This document shows positions 59,424 to 64,000 of a stretch of DNA of 64,000 nt, one piece after another. Every line of letters starts with the position of its first letter. Position 1 is the stretch's first letter. The notes beneath the pieces were generated by a model. That model was not told the origin of the DNA. It was given only the letters and a program-made list of their open reading frames with translations, and searched no databases. Position numbers and translations under genes: made by a program. Origin of the DNA: a bacterium (GTDB taxonomy: Bacteria > Zhuqueibacterota > Zhuqueibacteria > Residuimicrobiales > Krinioviventaceae); assembly GCA_963675755.2 (NCBI GenBank), contig CAXXMD010000003.1, forward strand, positions 640,001 through 704,000, in the 5' to 3' direction.

Positions 59424-59640
59424 CTACCCGTCGGTCATCACAAAACATAAGCCCTTAAAAAACAACACCCTCAAACTTGCCCCAAAACATTCAACTGCAA
59501 CATATCCCACAATTTTGCATGCCAATTTTGAAAAAATACAAATTTGTATGAAACTGTTTTTGCGTTTTCTTCTTTTGAAACCCCAGGCAAAAAAACCAAT
59601 TTGTATTTAATATAACATGAATTCAGATAAATTTTCAAGC

Positions 59641-60465
59641 TTACGCATTTCCTGCGTCCAAACCCACAAATTTTGAATAGACTTCCGGACCCAGTTTACG
59701 TCTCAATACTATCTTAATCATCCTGACCGGCAGCTTGCCAATCATCTTGTAAAGCAAATTTATTTTAGATGGTACAAAATAATCTGCTCCAAACCAGTTT
59801 TTATCTTGCCAGTATTGATAATCTGCGGGAAACCTGTCTTTGTGCATTTGAATCTTTGTTCGGATCTTGTTAAAAAAGACGACATCTGCCATAGAAGGCT
59901 TGGCCGTTTCGTCAACAGACATTTGTCCATACAGCTTTTCAGCAGCATGGCGAATATTAACCAACATCTTTTCCCGATAAGGCCCGGGCTCATTAAATGC
60001 CGGAGCTATCACCCCTATTTCATCAACCAGATTAAATCCCATAGCTTTTACTGGAAACTTGAGATGGTGTAAAGCCTCTTTTAGTCCGCTCAACTCGGTA
60101 GTACTGATCAACATGGCTTGCTTGTCGTGAAAACATGGACGATGAAGATAGTATGCCATGCGGTCAAACAAATTTTTTATTGGCGCTGTAATAGAATGCA
60201 CATACACCGGCGAAACAAACAAAACCGCATCTGCATTACACATCTTTTCACGGATCATGGGCACATCATCTTTTAAGGGACAATGATCTTCTCCTTTGCG
60301 CATGCATGCCAGACATCCCCTGCAATATTCTATTTTAAATTTCCGAATTGTAACAAATTCTAATTCAACATCACCATATTCCTGCATGTGCTCAATCAAC
60401 AATTTTACGACTTTATAACTATCTCCTTTTCTTGGGCTTCCTGACAGTGCAAGTACTTTTTTCAT
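59641..60465 (-). CDS. Flavodoxin-family NADPH-dependent FMN reductase / iron-sulfur flavoprotein
   Basis: LSGSPRKG, CRGCLAC......C..KDD, AD.V.F.SPVY, K..FDR. Confidence 0.9.
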   Translation of the reverse strand: MKKVLALSGSPRKGDSYKVVKLLIEHMQEYGDVELEFVTIRKFKIEYCRGCLACMRKGEDHCPLKDDVPMIREKMCNADAVLFVSPVYVHSITAPIKNLFDRMAYYLHRPCFHDKQAMLISTTELSGLKEALHHLKFPVKAMGFNLVDEIGVIAPAFNEPGPYREKMLVNIRHAAEKLYGQMSVDETAKPSMADVVFFNKIRTKIQMHKDRFPADYQYWQDKNWFGADYFVPSKINLLYKMIGKLPVRMIKIVLRRKLGPEVYSKFVGLDAGNA

Positions 60466-60845
60466 ATAAAACTCCTAACTACATTGATGATTTTAAAAAA
60501 AAGTGCCAATCCACAATCTTTTATAATATGCAGGAATCATTACAACTACAATATCCCCTGAAATGTATTATTTGGTATATATTAATTATAATATTTTAAT
60601 TTAAACAAACAACAATTAAAAAATTGTTAATAAATATAAATCAGGATATCTAAAATGCTGAGAAAGGAAATAAATCATATCAAATATTTTAGCTGGTCGT
60701 GAGGGGAACAAAAACATTTTCAAACGCAATGCATAAACTCGAAAAAGGATAATGACACCCTTGTGAAATAAAAATACAGATAAACTCGAGCACAAGCTAT
60801 TACAATACCCGGATAAAACAAATTTAAGATTTTACTTTTAAAAGA

Positions 60846-62279
60846 TTAGTATCGTGGTCCCACCCGAGTTTCATCAAGAGGTCCATCATTCTTGAGCCAT
60901 ACAGAGTACTCTATGGCACCTATACTGCGCAATTGCCCCCGCACATGTCCAAACACATCATTATTCACTCCAGGGAAACTGGCATCGGCACGGGAAACAA
61001 CAGGGCTATTCAGCGCCGGCAACGTCATACCATCACCAATAGCTTCCAATTGCGGGTCCTGACGGGTGATTCCACTGACGGGTTTCATCCCCAAAGTTCC
61101 CCAGGCAATATTGTTTTCCCACTTCCAGTCAAGGTCCTGTTCTTTAACAAATTTGAACAATTGAAACTGCTCAACAGGCTTTTGATATTTTTTGGGGCCC
61201 CGGTCCAGATAAAACACATTGTTAGCCACCGTACACTTGGAGGGTGGGGCCCCATTAAATCCATACAACACTGCATAACGACAATTATAAAATGTATTAA
61301 AAGCGATTACTGCCCGCTCAACCTTGACGTATGATTTATCATCCACTCCGTAATGAATAAACAAACCACTATTGCCAAGATTACTGAAATAATTATTAAC
61401 AACCAGATGGTCTGTACCCTGAATTCTTACACCTGCGGAATTGGGTTCACCATCTCCTAAAAATATATTTTGTGACGCTACATTTCCATCCCCATGCCTG
61501 AAAACCAGCGCTCCCGCACATGCCCTGAATGTATTTCCACTGACCTGATTGCCATTGGATTTTATTGAAATAATCTCCGGCTCACCGCTGCAACGTTCAA
61601 ACAGGTTTCTTTCAATCAAAGTACCACAGTCTCCAATTTCAGGATCACGCGGATTTCCTTTGGTAATTATTTGGATTGTTTCAAATCCATTTGTGCCCTT
61701 ACCCGGTAAAACATCTCTAAAATGATTATGATGAATATGATGACACTCGTTAGAATTGGTAACATTGATTTTGATCAACTGGCAATCCCGTTCATAAAGT
61801 CGGTTATTACTCTTGTTTTCAAATAAACAATGATCAATTTCCAACTGACGACATGAATAATCCGCCCAAATCCACTTTTTGGTCATAACATCAGACATAA
61901 TACAATTGGTAATTCGCAACCCCGTGCCCATTAATTGTATATTGCCCATTGATTTGAACAAAAATCCTTCGAGCGTAATAAAATCGCCTTCTATTGAAAC
62001 GCCGGAAAAGAGTTCTACAAGACCAATGCCTCTGGAACGAACAATAATAGGTAATTGCCTGCTACCCTTGCCTTTTAGTACGAAAGTGCTATCCTGATAT
62101 TTCCCATCTTTGAGAATAATTACATCTCCAGGATCTGCTTTTTGTACAGCCTTTTGCAGGTCCGTTAAGGATTCTACCATTATCTTACCAGCATTAGCTG
62201 TTTCAGATAACCCGCAAAAAATCAAAATCAGGGTACACATCCATAGCAGATGTTTAGTACAGGCATTTTTCAAGTACAT
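60846..62279 (-). CDS. Polysaccharide lyase family 6 (chondroitinase-B/alginate lyase beta-helix)
   Basis: A.PGD.I.LKDG.Y, IDHC.F, NGFETI, E.NLFE.C.GE.EIISIKS (catalytic Lys), LVFRHG (catalytic Arg), GVRI.G.DH.V.NNYF. Confidence 0.9.
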   Translation of the reverse strand: MYLKNACTKHLLWMCTLILIFCGLSETANAGKIMVESLTDLQKAVQKADPGDVIILKDGKYQDSTFVLKGKGSRQLPIIVRSRGIGLVELFSGVSIEGDFITLEGFLFKSMGNIQLMGTGLRITNCIMSDVMTKKWIWADYSCRQLEIDHCLFENKSNNRLYERDCQLIKINVTNSNECHHIHHNHFRDVLPGKGTNGFETIQIITKGNPRDPEIGDCGTLIERNLFERCSGEPEIISIKSNGNQVSGNTFRACAGALVFRHGDGNVASQNIFLGDGEPNSAGVRIQGTDHLVVNNYFSNLGNSGLFIHYGVDDKSYVKVERAVIAFNTFYNCRYAVLYGFNGAPPSKCTVANNVFYLDRGPKKYQKPVEQFQLFKFVKEQDLDWKWENNIAWGTLGMKPVSGITRQDPQLEAIGDGMTLPALNSPVVSRADASFPGVNNDVFGHVRGQLRSIGAIEYSVWLKNDGPLDETRVGPRY

Positions 62280-62318
62280 AATAAAAAGGCCTCATACAAA
62301 ATCATGTTAATAATTTTC

Positions 62319-62351
62319 CCCGGCACGGTAATAGCACTATCCGTACCGGGG
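62319..62351 (-). terminator. Hairpin after the T9SS protein gene
   Basis: CCCGGCACGG...CCGTACCGGG imperfect inverted repeat. Confidence 0.5.
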
Positions 62352-62378
62352 ACCTTGGTCAAAGGAACTATCTGTTAA

Positions 62379-64000
62379 TTACTTGATAAAGACCATTTTC
62401 TTACATTCTGTTTGATTACCAACAGTCAATCTGTAGAAATAAACGCCTCCAGCCATTGCTGTACCAGCTTCATCAACACCGGTCCAGTTAACTGAATGTA
62501 CACCTGCAGCTTGTTTAGCATCAACAAGTGTTTTCACTTTTTGTCCAATTGTATTGTAAACAACCAGACTTACGTGATCTGCTTTATTCAATGAGTAATT
62601 GATTGAAGTAGTTGGGTTGAATGGGTTCGGATAATTCTGTCCCAATTTGAATGCAGCTGGTGCTTTGGTATCATCATTAATGTCTGTAGATGCAGGAGTA
62701 ATCAATGGCAGATTTCCATCACCTAAATAGATAAGTTTTGCATTATCAACAGAATCTCTCATAGCAGCAACATACTGTTCACGATTTGCTACCCAGTCTG
62801 CCTTTTTATCTGGCCACCAGTTGAGGTCACCAAGAGGTAATCCGTCAGTACCACCGGTTTGCCAGGTTGTATTGGCATAAGAGAGATCATATTGAATAGG
62901 CCAGTTACAAACCGGTAAACCATCTTCTCCAAATGTAACAAGTGCCGGTACATCATAAGTAGGTACATCTACCGGTTGTTCACCCCAATATGCTTCCAAA
63001 AAGGCAATAAGGTCTGCAACATCTGTTGGTGCAACAGTAAAACCAGGATTAAAATCCATGTAATTGGGACCAATTTTGTAATCAGCATCAGTAACTACAA
63101 AAGTGTCTGTTGTTGCAGGGAAAAGACCGGATTGATGGATACTGTCCAATGGTGCTGTAGCTGCTCTGTTTTCGAACCATTCATCAATGGCTTCTTCAGT
63201 GTAAAATCCATTATACGCGAAATAAGTAGAAACAGAATCAAGCATATCACTCACTTCATATAACCAGTTATAGGTAGTGAAATTCATCTGATACCAGTCA
63301 TCGTTTCTAATCTGATTCGGGCCATAACCCATAAATTCCCAGTTTACCCAGTAATTATTAGCACAAACACATTCATACTGACGTAATTCCATGGCATTTT
63401 TGGTATTGTTAATAATAGAATTATGGGTAATGACTGATTTCATTTTGGGGAATGGGCCGGCATTACACAACAATCTACCGTTGTTTATAATGGTGTTGTT
63501 TTCAATTACTACGTCACCACCGCTTGTATTAAAACGAGTAGTCATTCCATCAAACAAACTATAGTCTGCACTACCGGCATTTTGGAACACACAGTTTGTA
63601 ATACTGACTTCGATATTCTCGCTATCATTTTGAAAAATTCTGTCATAGTCAGAGAAAGCTATATTGTCCATTACAAATCTGATGCCATAGGTACTCCTGA
63701 TCATCGTGCCGCCGATTTGACCGGTGCTGACCATACCGCTCATAATAAAATTCTTTAAAATCAGCTCACCACCTTCAATAACAGTAAAAAATCGTCTTCC
63801 AGCGCCTGATGATTCGTCAGGGGTATTTACCAATACCGGTGGAAAATCATCACCATTATCCTGAACCATGTATTCAACAAAAGGGCCAACAATTTCACAC
63901 TTGAAATCTACAGTCATTGTACCATCAAAGGCATAGAATGTTGAACGTTCAAGTTTATAAACATCGTGAGCCTGGGAACCATCCGCAAGGGTATCTGCCA
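62379..64000 (-). CDS. Secreted beta-helix-like protein with T9SS C-terminal domain (5'-truncated by the window edge)
   Basis: The frame stays open past 63917 to the window end (ADTLADGSQAHDVYKLER...). NC.F.N/NNT..N repeats, GGTDGLPLGDLNWW, QNYPNPFNP...KKMVFIK. Confidence 0.85.
   Translation of the reverse strand, partial: ADTLADGSQAHDVYKLERSTFYAFDGTMTVDFKCEIVGPFVEYMVQDNGDDFPPVLVNTPDESSGAGRRFFTVIEGGELILKNFIMSGMVSTGQIGGTMIRSTYGIRFVMDNIAFSDYDRIFQNDSENIEVSITNCVFQNAGSADYSLFDGMTTRFNTSGGDVVIENNTIINNGRLLCNAGPFPKMKSVITHNSIINNTKNAMELRQYECVCANNYWVNWEFMGYGPNQIRNDDWYQMNFTTYNWLYEVSDMLDSVSTYFAYNGFYTEEAIDEWFENRAATAPLDSIHQSGLFPATTDTFVVTDADYKIGPNYMDFNPGFTVAPTDVADLIAFLEAYWGEQPVDVPTYDVPALVTFGEDGLPVCNWPIQYDLSYANTTWQTGGTDGLPLGDLNWWPDKKADWVANREQYVAAMRDSVDNAKLIYLGDGNLPLITPASTDINDDTKAPAAFKLGQNYPNPFNPTTSINYSLNKADHVSLVVYNTIGQKVKTLVDAKQAAGVHSVNWTGVDEAGTAMAGGVYFYRLTVGNQTECKKMVFIK

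Noticed and set aside
59509-59524. Second sigma54-like site upstream of nifA (TGGCATGCAAAATTGT, minus strand)
   Set aside because: The spacing is one base too long and the -12 element lacks GC.

Overview
This is a bacterial genomic window. I infer a non-Bacteroidota member of the FCB superphylum (KSB1/Calditrichota-like), because it carries T9SS/FlgD-type 'YPNPFNP' C-terminal domains and a PorV-like gene but uses classical GGAG Shine-Dalgarno sites. From left to right it contains: (1) an orphan Rhs toxin tip and a candidate membrane immunity gene, enclosed by two ~236-bp direct repeats; (2) pgm; (3) a ~27-kb carbohydrate-utilisation locus with no SusC/SusD pair (LacI, hybrid two-component sensor, TonB receptor, 1194-aa sorting-domain protein, PorV-like barrel, C-type-lectin lipoprotein, SurA-like lipoprotein, a secreted protein of three near-identical ~275-aa domains, chorismatase-like, CxxCH-TolB-TPR and two GH-like genes), with readable LacI and AraC-type operators; (4) a secreted modular cysteine peptidase; (5) a sigma54 activator facing two small secreted-protein genes with twin variant sigma54 promoters; (6) REP-like hairpin clusters, including a 2 x 374-bp tandem; (7) an apparently sigma54/NifA-driven Mo-nitrogenase operon, nifH-nifI1-nifI2-nifD-nifK-fdx, which has no nifE/nifN/nifB and runs directly into a HmuY-like lipoprotein, a TonB receptor and a FecCD-type ABC importer; (8) a flavoprotein, a PL6 lyase and a truncated T9SS protein. 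I saw no rRNA, tRNA, CRISPR array or transposase. All family assignments come from motif recognition by eye, not database searches.
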